Shown: positions 1 to 10,214, counted from the first letter of the stretch. The stretch: 40,064 bases of DNA from Octopus bimaculoides (GCF_001194135.2 NC_069002.1:26423107-26463170); one strand, 5' to 3'. Translations and numbers: made by a program. The notes: generated by a model from the letters alone, not told the origin.

Positions 1-378
1 ACTAACTTGGTCGCCCAGATAGCGGAAGCTATCGACTACCTCTAGTTTTTCACCCTGGAATGAGATAGAAGTTGTTTCCTGTTTGTTTGCAGTCTTTATT
101 GCACCTGAACATCTGCCACAAACAAAAACTAACTTGCTAGTTAACCTGCCTTTGATGTTGCTGCACCTCTTATGTGTCCATAGCTTGCACCGGGTACATC
201 TTATAGAGTTACTACCTACTCCTTTTCTACATACTGAGCAGGGCCATCTACCTGAAGGGGTTTGTGTTTTATCTACCTTCCTACTTATTAGGATTTTGGT
301 TTTAGCTAGGTTGACTCTAAGGCCCTTCAATTCTAGACCTTGCTTCCACACCTGAAACTTCTCCTCTAGTTCTGATAG
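1..378 (-). mobile_element. RTE-clade LINE ORF fragment (post-RT region with C4HC3 PHD-like finger), 5'-truncated, runs off window edge
   Basis: Open minus frame of 126 codons: LSELEEKFQVWKQGLELKGLRVNLAKTK...GRWPCSVCRKGVGSNSIRCTRCKLWTHKRCSNIKG...FVCGRC...LEVVDSFRYLGDQVS. These are typical RTE motifs (GL.VN..KTK; V..F.YLG). It is missing from the ORF track because it has no start codon. Confidence 0.9.
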
Positions 379-417
379 TACACATAGATATAGATATATC
401 AACAGATATATATGTTG

Positions 418-634
418 TTTTCTACTCTAGGCACAAGGACCAAACTTTTGGAGGAGTAGGGAGCCAGTCGATTAGATCGACCCCTAGTACACAACTGGTA
501 CTTAATTTATCGACCCCAAAAGGATGAAAGGCAAATTCGACCTCAGCAGAATTTGAACTCAGAGCATAAAGACAGATGAAATACCGCTAAGCATTTCATC
601 TGGTGTGCTAACGTTTCTGCCAGCTCACCCCCTT
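418..634 (-). mobile_element. tRNA-derived SINE family A (central CTTTCATCCTTT.GGGGTCGATAAAT domain)
   Basis: Reverse complement gives GAGCTGGCAGAAAC..TTAGC..CTGAGTTCAAATTC (B-box-like) plus the central domain; many copies in the window. Confidence 0.85.
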
Positions 635-1317
635 TACATATATATATGGTGTTTCAGACCAGTTAAGCAAGTGTGTGTGTGTGTGTTTGTCTGTGTGTCG
701 CATTAATACACTTCACAAAATACACTCCTTTTAAGCCTTAACATAGCTTCACATATGAATGATTTCAGACAGCTTAATTTTCTGTACTAATGGACATTTA
801 CTGCTACTGCGTTCCTATTTTATAAAATTCCATAACATTCCATTTTTGCTCTTAGCAAACCCAAACCCGCCCACTCTAATACTTCACCTCCCGCTACATC
901 ACAAAAATTATTTTCACCTTCCTAAACTAGAATGTTCAAACCAATAATAATTTTCTCTATTCAATTTTACATACGTACAAATTCAAATTTGTTCTTTTGT
1001 TGTATAAAACACACCTTTTATAGCACTAATTATGCCTTCTCTCCACCTGATGGTTGCAAGCACAGAACCGGTGCCTGCGACTGCGGAGTTTACAGTCTAA
1101 TGATGCTGATCATAGAAGAATCTTCAAAGGCATTGTCAACATCTCCCTTATAAAAATAAATTTAATATCTCACATGTAAATTATGAAAGTTTCTACAATG
1201 CGATATATATACACACGCATACAAACACACATACATACATATATATATACACACATATACATATACATTTATATACACACACACGCATGTATACACACAC
1301 ACGCACACATATATATA

Positions 1318-1512
1318 CAACTTGATACCTCTGTAATTATTTGTATCTAAAGCATCACCTTTACTTTTATAGCAGTTGACTATGGTGCTGCAACACCAGA
1401 CATTGGGTATGACTGCTTCATGTATCATCTGGTTAACTATACAGGTGACTAGGCTACAGCAAACACAGTCAGATATTTTGAGCATCTCTGTGGTGATTCC
1501 TGATGGACCAGG
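1318..1512 (-). mobile_element. RTE LINE RT N-terminal fragment (inverted segment)
   Basis: PGPSGITTEMLKI...IPNVWCCSTIVNCYKSKGDALDTNNYRGIKL matches the RTE K.PGP..I / YK.KGD...NYRGI.L motifs. Confidence 0.85.
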
Positions 1513-1750
1513 GACAAAGAGAGATGACTGTGCTGGTACAGTCATGTGATGCACATAGGTGAGGACAGTTGCGTGAAGTGTCACACCCTAGCAGTTGAGG
1601 GAACCTGTGGAAGAGGTAGACCCAGGAAGACATGGGATGAGGTGGTGAAGCAATGTCTTTGAATGTTGGGCCTCACAGAGACAATGACAAGCAACCAAGA
1701 TCATTGGCAATGTGCTGTGCTTGAGAAGACCCGACAAGCCAAGTGGGTGT
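1513..1750 (+). mobile_element. RTE LINE 3' ORF end
   Basis: ER*LCWYSHVMH...VEGTCGRGRPRKTWDEVVK is the RTE RLRW.GHV.R / GRPRKTW C-terminus. Confidence 0.85.
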
Positions 1751-2602
1751 AACCAGCCCACTTATGAATACCCCTCATTCATTGGACAATAAACTTTGCT
1801 TGCAAAGACCTATTGAGGCAAGTGAAATCAAAATCAAAATCGCTGACGTGACCGATGACAGCGCTGCCTGATTGNNNNNNNNNNNNNNNNNNNNNNNNNN
1901 NNNNNNNNNNNNNNNNNNNNNNNNNNNNNNNNNNNNNNNNNNNNNNNNNNNNNNNNNNNNNNNNNNNNNNNNNNNNNNNNNNNNNNNNNNNNNNNNNNNN
2001 NNNNNNNNNNNNNNNNNNNNNNNNNNNNNNNNNNNNNNNNNNNNNNNNNNNNNNNNNNNNNNNNNNNNNNNNNNNNNNNNNNNNNNNNNNNNNNNNNNNN
2101 NNNNNNNNNNNNNNNNNNNNNNNNNNNNNNNNNNNNNNNNNNNNNNNNNNNNNNNNNNNNNNNNNNNNNNNNNNNNNNNNNNNNNNNNNNNNNNNNNNNN
2201 NNNNNNNNNNNNNNNNNNNNNNNNNNNNNNNNNNNNNNNNNNNNNNNNNNNNNNNNNNNNNNNNNNNNNNNNNNNNNNNNNNNNNNNNNNNNNNNNNNNN
2301 NNNNNNNNNNNNNNNNNNNNNNNNNNNNNNNNNNNNNNNNNNNNNNNNNNNNNNNNNNNNNNNNNNNNNNNNNNNNNNNNNNNNNNNNNNNNNNNNNNNN
2401 NNNNNNNNNNNNNNNNNNNNNNNNNNNNNNNNNNNNNNNNNNNNNNNNNNNNNNNNNNNNNNNNNNNNNNNNNNNNNNNNNNNNNNNNNNNNNNNNAGAT
2501 ATATATACATACACATATATATATATACATATGTACTGACCGCCATGATTGATTGCTAGCTCCAAAAGTGTTTTTATTCTGTCTGTTTATTTCCTCGGGT
2601 TC

Positions 2603-2638
2603 CTTTCTGTTGAAGAGCGTAGGCTTGAAACTTAAAGG
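2603..2638 (+). ncRNA. degenerate minimal type I hammerhead-like motif (in ~2560-2730 repeat)
   Basis: CCTTT-CTGTTGA-A-GAGC gtag GCTT-GAAA-CT-TA/AAGG. The core has A6>U, and stems I and II are partly intact. Confidence 0.4.
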
Positions 2639-2729
2639 ACTTTCTCACTTTCCTGAGCATTAAACTAATACACCTGTCTGTTGTTTATACACCTGTCTTT
2701 GTCTTTTGTTTTTCTGTAAATTTCAACCA

Positions 2730-2779
<50 letters not shown>

Positions 2780-2925
2780 TACATAAACACACATACACAT
2801 ATACACACATGTGTGTATGCGCGCGCGTACACACAAACACACACATACATAAAATTTTCTGTGATGAGCATTCAAAATGTAACTCGCACAGGTGTAAAGC
2901 CAACCTATTTGTTTTTGTTAGCATG

Positions 2926-3045
2926 GCACCTGTATGGCTACGTGGTTAGTAAGTTTGTTTCCCAACCATGTGATTTCAGGTGCACTCTCACTGTGTGGTA
3001 CCTTGAGCAGATATCTTCTGCTATAGTCCCAAGCCAACCAAAGGG
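2926..3045 (+). mobile_element. SINE family B (tRNA head + CORE-like block), 5' fragment
   Basis: Homologous to the head of the 24290-24668 copy (GTGGTACCTTGAGCAG..TCTTCTGCTATAG). Confidence 0.7.
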
Positions 3046-3329
3046 GCTGTTATTACATATGTATATGTGTGTGGAGTCTTTATAGTAGTAGTAGTAGTAG
3101 TAGAAAAAATTAGAGAGAGGACACAGCTCACCTTCGATCAGAAACTGTAGCATGTTTGTGAGGAGTGACTTTAAGTCAGTATTTTGGGTGGCTGTCTTTT
3201 AGATGCTGTCAATGATTCCTCTGTGTTTAGCACCAGCATGATCTCAGTGGGGGCAATATTCTCATCTGTGTTGGTGCCACTATCTACACAAGCAGGAATA
3301 AGATGATGCTGTAAGCAGACAGCTGAAGA

Positions 3330-3740
3330 TTAACTCTTTAACATTCTGTTTATTCTGTCAAATTTAATGCTTGTTTATCCACATTCTTTTGAATTAATCA
3401 TGTATTTATCTCATTGAAATGTCAATGTTTTGATTGTTTATTTTTAAAATGACATTGTAGGTTAGGTATGAGAGGTCGAATCTGGCTAATTTGAACACAA
3501 AACAGAATATTTGGGCCCCGATAGTATTCAGATTACTCTGTGAAATGTAATGCTTATTTATTCAAATTGCTTTGAGTTAATCATGGATTATCTCACAGCT
3601 TTGAAATTTTGAGGATATGAATGTTTATTTCTAGAATGGTATTGTAAAGTAGGTGTGAGATGCAGGATCTGGCCTGTTTGTGCATAAAACAGGTAGAATA
3701 TTTGGGCTGGCTATGACCAGTTTAAATGCTAAATGGTTCA
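3330..3740 (+). mobile_element. piggyBac-like TTAA-flanked MITE, tandem dimer of ~200 bp unit
   Basis: TTAA-CTCTTTA...AATGCTAAATGG-TTCA ends. Two internal copies of the unit; same family inverted at 21055-21563. Confidence 0.7.
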
Positions 3741-4494
3741 ACTAATCAAAATGTAGCATGGGTGGAATGGCAAGTTTAAAAAAAACTTCCATCTTGTGAT
3801 ACCAACCCATCTCATAGTGTTCCTGGTTCTATGATTCCAACCTCCTCATTTAAAGTGATCTAAATGAAAACTTTCCATTAAAACTCAAAGTTAATTTATG
3901 TTCCGAGCACCAGCTCAATAATGACAAAAGAAATTTACTAAATACTTCTTTATTTCCAAAATTAATTGGCACAAAGGCATTGTGTAGTTTAATTGGAATT
4001 TGGAAAGAAAGGGGGTCAGCCCTTTTGATACCTACCCACTTGAGACCATTTTTGGTTCTATGATACAAATTTACTTTTTATATTGATTGAAATTAAAATT
4101 TTCCATCAAAATTTATTATTAATTTATTTTCCAAACACCACATTTATAATGACAAAGTTATTTTACTGAATTCTGCATTATTTCCAAAATTAATTGAAAC
4201 AAGTCATTGCATTTCAACAGAAATATGGTAACAAAAGGTTTTAGGTGATCTAAATTGAAATCTTCCCTCAAAATTTTATGCTAATTTATGTTCCAAAGTC
4301 CAGATTGATAATGACAAATTTATTTGACAAAATTCTTCATTATCTTCAAGATTAATTCAAACAAAGGTAGTGAATTTCAGTTGAAATACGGTAATAAAAG
4401 AGTTATGTTATGTTCCAAACACCAGATTAATGACAATCTTATGTTACTAAATTCTTTGTTATTTTCAAAATTAATTGCAACAAAGACATTGTAT

Positions 4495-5027
4495 AAAATT
4501 ACTATTTTTTAAAATCTCAATGAAAGATGGTCAGTAACAGTACTTTAGAGTAAAGATAGTTTGCCAACATAACATGGCAGTCCTAGTTTAGGATGAATGG
4601 GGCTAGAGTTACAGCAACAGTCGTCCTAAACCAGGACTGCCATGTTATGTTGGCAAACAATCTTTACTACAAAGTACTGTTACTGAATATTGCGCATTGT
4701 GAGATTTTTAAAAAATAGTAATTTTTAAATTTATAGATCAGTGACGAGTTGTCACTTTGAAAACTGTATATTTCGAACAGGAATTTGGCAGTGCCACCTC
4801 TAGCCAAACAATTATTCTGTGCTGATGAAGGGAAATAACCTGGAAATTGCGATACAGATATTGTTTTGAGCTGAGTGGGGGTGCTAGATTCCCTTGTTTG
4901 AAAATATAAGGACACACATTGTGTCGTATAGCCAGCTGGAGACGATGTCGCCTGGGGCTAAATTACAGCAACATTCATCCTAAACCAGGACTGTCATGTT
5001 ATGTTGGCAAAAATCTTTACTCCAAAG
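4495..5027 (+). mobile_element. retrozyme/Penelope pLTR-like element: 5' inverted arm + ~355 nt monomer + partial second monomer
   Basis: 4495-4597 is the inverse of ~4620-4725. TGGGGCTA..CCTAAACCAGGACTG occurs at 4598 and 4953 (period 355). Degenerate HHR at 4816-4859. CAAAGACATTGTAT is duplicated at 4481-4494 and 5023-5036. Confidence 0.7.
4816..4859 (+). ncRNA. degenerate type I hammerhead motif
   Basis: CTGATGA-AGG gaaataa CCT-G-GAAA-TTGCGA-TA/CAG. Stem III is near-palindromic (ATTGCGAT); stem I is weak. Confidence 0.45.
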
Positions 5028-5529
5028 ACATTGTATTTGTCCAAAAATATGATGACAAAAGGTTTTAGGTAATCTAAATTAAACCGTTCTATCGAAAATC
5101 TGTGTTAATTTACATTCCAAATAGCAAAATAATTATGGCAAATTTATTTCATGAATTTTTTCATTATTTTCAAAATTAGTTGAAACAAATACAGTGTATT
5201 TCAAAAGAAATACTCTAACAGAAGGCTTAAGGTGATCTAAATTGGAACTTCCTTTCAAGGTTTCACGTAAATTTATGTTCCAAACACAAGCTAAATAATA
5301 ATGACAAATTTATTTATCAAGATTATTCCTTATTTTCAAAATTAATTGAAACAAACACAGTGTATTTTGGCTGAAATATTGTAACAAAAGGGTTTGAGAT
5401 AAACTTGATTATCCAACCAATTAGAACCTCATTATCAATAAATCATCTCATTTATTTGCACATTTAATTAAGTAATTAGTTATCCTGAATCTATTTTATT
5501 AACCAGTTAGTGTTCTCGTTTATCTTGTG

Positions 5530-5677
5530 TTATGTTAAGTGGTTCACATTGTAACCAAAGATTTTTAGGTTCAACTCCACTGTGTGCCTCTTTAGGCAAA
5601 TGTCATCCACTACTTAATCTAACCAATGCCATGTGAGAAAAATTTGGTAGATGGAAACTGTAAGGAAGCCCATTATA
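5530..5677 (+). mobile_element. SINE family B head, old
   Basis: GGTTCAACTCCACTGTGTG..AGGCAAATGTC..TTGGTAGATGGAAACTG..GAAGCCC. Confidence 0.6.
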
Positions 5678-6015
5678 TATTTATATATCTCTGACTTATA
5701 TAAAAGTGTATAAATGACTGTTCAACCTATGCCAGTATGGAAAAGTGGAGGTAAAATGATGATGATGAGGGTGATGATGACAATGATACCAATGGTAATG
5801 GTGATGATGATGATGTGTGTCCATGTCTATGTTTATGTCTTGTTAACTTAGAGGTTTGGCAAATAGTGATTGCTAAAATAAGTAACAAATTTAAAATGTC
5901 TTCTGATGGTGATAGTGATCCAGTATGGCCTTGGGTCCAGTGCTAAAAACCAATAAAGGATTAGATTCAGAATACATTCTACTAATTGCCAGTTGATATC
6001 ACTGAATATCACATG

Positions 6016-6029
6016 GTTGCTATGGTAAC
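6016..6029. promoter_or_regulatory. RFX X-box-like motif GTTGCTATGGTAAC
   Basis: Close match to the GTTGCCATGGCAAC X-box consensus in non-repeat sequence; motif match only. Confidence 0.3.
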
Positions 6030-6510
6030 TTGATTAAGGTGCAGACTGACTAAAATGGATATTACACACGCACCCACACACAATTGCCTAGACACATTTA
6101 TTCCTGTTGGGCTTCCTTGCTATCACACTGAAACTGTCAAGGTAGACTTAGGCTACTATTTTTGAAATGTTTTGTGGTTTTACTCTGAATAAAAATGTTT
6201 TCTTTTTTCTCTTACATTCTTCCACCACTTGTTAAAAAACAGTAAAAAAGAGCCCCAAAAAGAATGGACAAGCCTGCTGTTTACTTCGGTAATCTGATGG
6301 GATCTAAGTTGTTTTTGAGTGTTAAATGTGACATTATTTACTGACACAGACATCTTCTCGCAGTGAATATGTAACAGTAGAAGAAGAAGATTGTTTTTTT
6401 TTTTGGTTTTTAGTTTTTTTTTATTACTAAAATTGATTGATTGCAGTTTTCTTGCAGAAAACGCTGCTTATGCTGTCAATCTTTCTATAATTCCTTCATA
6501 TACCTGTGTA

Positions 6511-6565
<55 letters not shown>

Positions 6566-6720
6566 NNNNNNNNNNNNNNNNNNNNNNNNNNNNNNNNNNN
6601 NNNNNNNNNNNNNNNNNNNNNNNNNNNNNNNNNNNNNNNNNNNNNNNNNNNNNNNNNNNNNNNNNNNNNNNNNNNNNNNNNNNNNNNNNNNNNNNNNNNN
6701 NNNNNNNNNNNNNNNNNNNN

Positions 6721-6850
6721 GGTGCATCTCATGTGCCACCCGCACAAGAACCAGTCCAGGGGCACTGGCAACGATCTTACTTGGCTTGCCGGGTCTTCTC
6801 ACGCACAGCCCATTTCCAAAGGTCTCGGTCCGTAGTCATCGCCTTGGAGT
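6721..6850 (-). mobile_element. RTE 3' end/UTR fragment (same subfamily as 1513-1750)
   Basis: Reverse complement GCTGTGCGTGAGAAGACCCGGCAAGCCAAGT matches GCTGTGCTTGAGAAGACCCGACAAGCCAAGT near 1713-1745. Confidence 0.75.
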
Positions 6851-7427
6851 CTTTCTTTTCTTGCCAGTTCTTCATTGATATTTTTACACAATGAATTTTA
6901 ATAGTGATTGCCATCCCTTCATTGGGAAGAACCAATCCTCATCGTCTCTAATAGCCAGTGACATTTCTCTTTTTACAGAGTTTTCCATTTCGGCATGTCC
7001 TTCTTTAAAAATGTCCACCACATCTCAATTTGGAAACCACTTACTTCAGAAAAGCTCACTTTCCTCTAAGAGTACAAATAAAAAAAAATAAAAAAATAAA
7101 GAAACAAAAAACCCTTTCTAGAATCTTCTCAGAGAACAAAAATAAAGAAAAATCCTAATTATCAAGATTGATGTTATTCTTTTTTACATTTTTTTTTTTT
7201 TACTTAAAATATGATTCCAGCCATTGAGAACAAGATAACCAACTTTGACACAGAGATTAACTTGAAAAATGTAGAGATGAAAAGAAGTTTTCTCGTTAAA
7301 ACTTTTTTTCCTGTCCAACAGTTAAACAGTTGCTTGAACCAACCAACAGCACAGTTATCCTGTGATGATACCAAATAGAAAAAAATACAAAAAAAAAACA
7401 AACTTTATAATATTGAGTTATAACTCA

Positions 7428-7640
7428 AGTGGTGAGCTGGCGGAATCATTAGCATGCTGGGAAAAATGCTTCACAGCATTTCGTCCATTTTCATGTTCTG
7501 AGTTCAAATTCCGCTGTGGCTGACTTTGACTTTCATCTTTCCAGGGTCGAGAAAATAAGTACCCGATGAACACTAGGATTGATGTAATTGACTAGCATCC
7601 CACCCACAGAATTCCTGGCCTTGTGTCAAAATTTGAAACC
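7428..7640 (+). mobile_element. SINE family A
   Basis: GGTGAGCTGGCGGAATC...TTCTGAGTTCAAATTCC...AAATTTGAAACC. Confidence 0.85.
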
Positions 7641-7650
7641 ATTATCAAAG

Positions 7651-7860
7651 CTGGGAGCTGGCAGAATTGTCAGCATGCTGCACAAAATGCTTTGCCATAT
7701 TTTGTCCATTTTTATGTTGTGAGTTCAAATTCCGCTGCAGTTGACTTTGCCTGTCTTCATTTCAGGGTCAATAAAATAAGTGCCAGTCAGACACTGGGGT
7801 CAAAGTAATTGCCTTACCCCCTCCCTTGAAATTGCTGGCCTTGTGCCAAAATTTGAAACC
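7651..7860 (+). mobile_element. SINE family A (second of a head-to-tail pair)
   Basis: Same head and tail as 7428-7640, 10 bp downstream. Confidence 0.85.
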
Positions 7861-8263
7861 AATAATACTGTGTCTTATTCAAAAACAAAAACTCACTAAA
7901 ACAAATTTAATTTCTCAGAGTTTTAATTTGTTTTTCATTTTCTTTCATGTTTCAGATTCGAGTTAGTTTCAAATTCTTATTAAACCAAATGAGAAATTCA
8001 ACAAGAGTTACTTCTGGTTTTGAATAATTAATTAACAAAGGTAAGCAGTTTCAAATGATCTAAAATAAAATGTTCTCTACATTTCTAATTTTATTCAGTA
8101 ATTTTAATAAGAAAAGAAAGAAATTTTTTCCTAAATTTCAAATTGAAATTAAAAATCTTGAATTTGAATTTTTCCAGTTTTGTAATCTTAATTGTAATTC
8201 AGGTCACTAATTGGAATCGAACTCAGAATCTTGGGGTTAGTAGCCCGCACCAAGCAGTGACCG

Positions 8264-8305
<42 letters not shown>

Positions 8306-8360
8306 TAATAACACCGAAAAATACCTTAGGAATGAGAACCCAGGTTCGAAATTTCCCCAA

Positions 8361-8406
8361 GACACCTGATGAAGGCTGGAGGATATATCAGCCGAAACGT
8401 TATGTT
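8361..8406 (+). ncRNA. minimal Penelope-type type I hammerhead (dimer-type)
   Basis: GACAC-CTGATGA-A-GGCTG gaggatatat CAGCC-GAAA-CG-TT/ATGTT. Palindromic ACGT stem III; stem I is 4/5 bp. Confidence 0.65.
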
Positions 8407-9214
8407 AACAACAAACAAAATGAGGACAAATATCCGTCAAATGTAAATAATGATTAAATCATTGGTTTCTTAATTAGTGAGAAGACTTAATTCTTGTGAA
8501 GAACCAATGCCTGGGGGTGTTGTTAGAATGTCAAAGTAAAAAAATCCTGGGATGGATTTTATGGGCAACGGCAAAGGGCAACTGGCAGCAGACCCATGAA
8601 TGGATTCTTATTTAAGCCGTATGGAGTGTAGGCCATGGATGGCTTTTTCTCTGCTGTTCTCAAACCTGAACCATCTTTTCCTGAGAGGCCTTCCTTTCCC
8701 AAGTTTTGTCAGTTTTGAATGTCATCAATGCATCTGCAATAATTTGTGTGTGTGTTTACATGAGAACCGTTGTCAGTTTGTTTACATCCCCTTGACTAGG
8801 CAATTTGGCCAAAAGTGACCCCCAATCCATTGCTCAGTTTAGCACAATCATCTGACACTTTGGATGCTGTTAGTGAAGTCCACTCTGTTGCAAGAATTTG
8901 GGCCAAGACCCCTGTACGAGAATACCTTGCTCCTTCTTGCTTGCCTTGGAGGCCCTGTGGAAAAAGGGTCCTCAATCACCAAGCCATGGACTAGTCGTAC
9001 TGGGCCACACAGAAACAGCAAGTTTTAAAATTTTATTTCTATTTTGTCAAGTGTCACAGTCTGCAGGGTGTTTTTGCATTATACACATATTATATATGTA
9101 ATATATACATGTAATATTTGTAGTATATATTATGTATATGATATACCTGTATTATAAATGTGATATATTTATATATATATGCTTTAAATAATAGCAGCAA
9201 AAATATAACAAAAG

Positions 9215-9254
9215 ACTGTTACTCTGAGTTTCACGTTCCCGTTCATCGGACAGT
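9215..9254 (-). ncRNA. minimal type I hammerhead, GUA site, U4>C core variant
   Basis: ACTGT-CCGATGA-ACG ggaa CGT-GAAA-CTCAGAG-TA/ACAGT; stem I is a perfect 5 bp. Confidence 0.65.
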
Positions 9255-9427
9255 TTTGTTGTACATTTCATGTGCTTACTCCAGTATATATATATATAGA
9301 TATATATATATATATATANNNNNNNNNNATATATATATGTATGTATTATGTATGTATGTATATATGTAAGGTATTTATTATAGATGTAATATATATCATA
9401 TATATTATATTTGTAATATATATAATA

Positions 9428-9511
9428 CTAGGTTGAGGAAAATGTTTGTGTGCTGTGTTACTGTGTTAAAATAATGCTTAACATGGCGCACAAACTCTTT
9501 CCTCAACCTAA
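9428..9511. mobile_element. 84 bp mariner-type MITE (MADE-like)
   Basis: TIRs TAGGTTGAGGAAAATGTTTGTGTGC / GCGCACAAACTCTTTCCTCAACCTA; TA on both sides. Confidence 0.75.
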
Positions 9512-9520
9512 TATAGGTAT

Positions 9521-9560
<40 letters not shown>

Positions 9561-9625
9561 ATTTATTTTTCGTAATGAGATAAAAAACCAAGGCTGTGTA
9601 TATTTTAGAATATTAATAAATAGAA

Positions 9626-9669
9626 GGTCTTACAGCTGTTTCCAGGATATTTATTATATCCCTTCACAG
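9626..9669 (-). ncRNA. broken type I hammerhead (ACAGCTGT family)
   Basis: CTG-TGA-AG-GGATAT aataa ATATCC-TG-GAAA-CAGCTG-TA/AGACC. The core is disrupted by a local duplication of CAGCTGTTTCC; same family as 14579-14656. Confidence 0.5.
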
Positions 9670-9745
9670 CTGTTTCCAAAGAATGAATTTGGGTATGACA
9701 ACAAAAGTATGAATGAGACCTCGATATTATGTAAATAGAGGAATT

Positions 9746-9958
9746 TATCTGTAATATAATATGTGACACTTATTCAGTTGGCATAATAAAACTGCGAGTT
9801 TCAGATGTTGGGGCAGAAATGTGCTCTGGCATCTCATCAGTTATTTTTTGATTGTCTTAATAACTGACGAGATGCAGGAGCAGATTTATGCCCTGACATC
9901 CGAAACTCTGAGTTTTATTATGGCAACCGAATAATTGTCACATATTATATTACAGATA
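9746..9958. repeat. ~100 bp-arm foldback, each arm carrying a type I hammerhead (9785-9845 minus; 9858-9920 plus)
   Basis: TAATAA-CTGACGA-GATG..CATC-C-GAAA-CTCTGAG-TT/TTATTA and its inverted counterpart with CTGATGA. Confidence 0.75.
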
Positions 9959-10162
9959 TATATATATATATATATAGTTTTAGGGAAAATAACCAATTTT
10001 CAAGAACTCATCGATGAAAATCCACTATCACATATAGAAAAATTAATAATTAAAAGCACAATAAATGAGTATAATATAAGGCTCAATTTAATTTTAATTT
10101 TTTATAAATTGATTTTAATTGAGTTTTTTACCTGTAATTTTGGATTTTGTCCCTAATATTAT

Positions 10163-10214
<52 letters not shown>

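Larger units (their letters stand above)
3790..5400 (+). repeat. diverged ~160 bp tandem repeat (GTGATCTAAATT...AATGACAAA...AAAATTAATTGAAAC), interrupted at 4495-5027
   Basis: Unit starts near 3853, 4085, 4243, 5067 and 5231; units end in GTAACAAAAGG(G)TT. Confidence 0.75.

Noticed and set aside
1045-1100. CTGATGG followed by a 10 bp stem
   Set aside because: The core is not CTGANGA and no GAAA follows, so it is not a hammerhead.
1775-2565. 200-250 aa ORFs spanning N runs (also 6391-6894, 17246-17530, 17998-18626)
   Set aside because: They are artefacts of translating assembly gaps.
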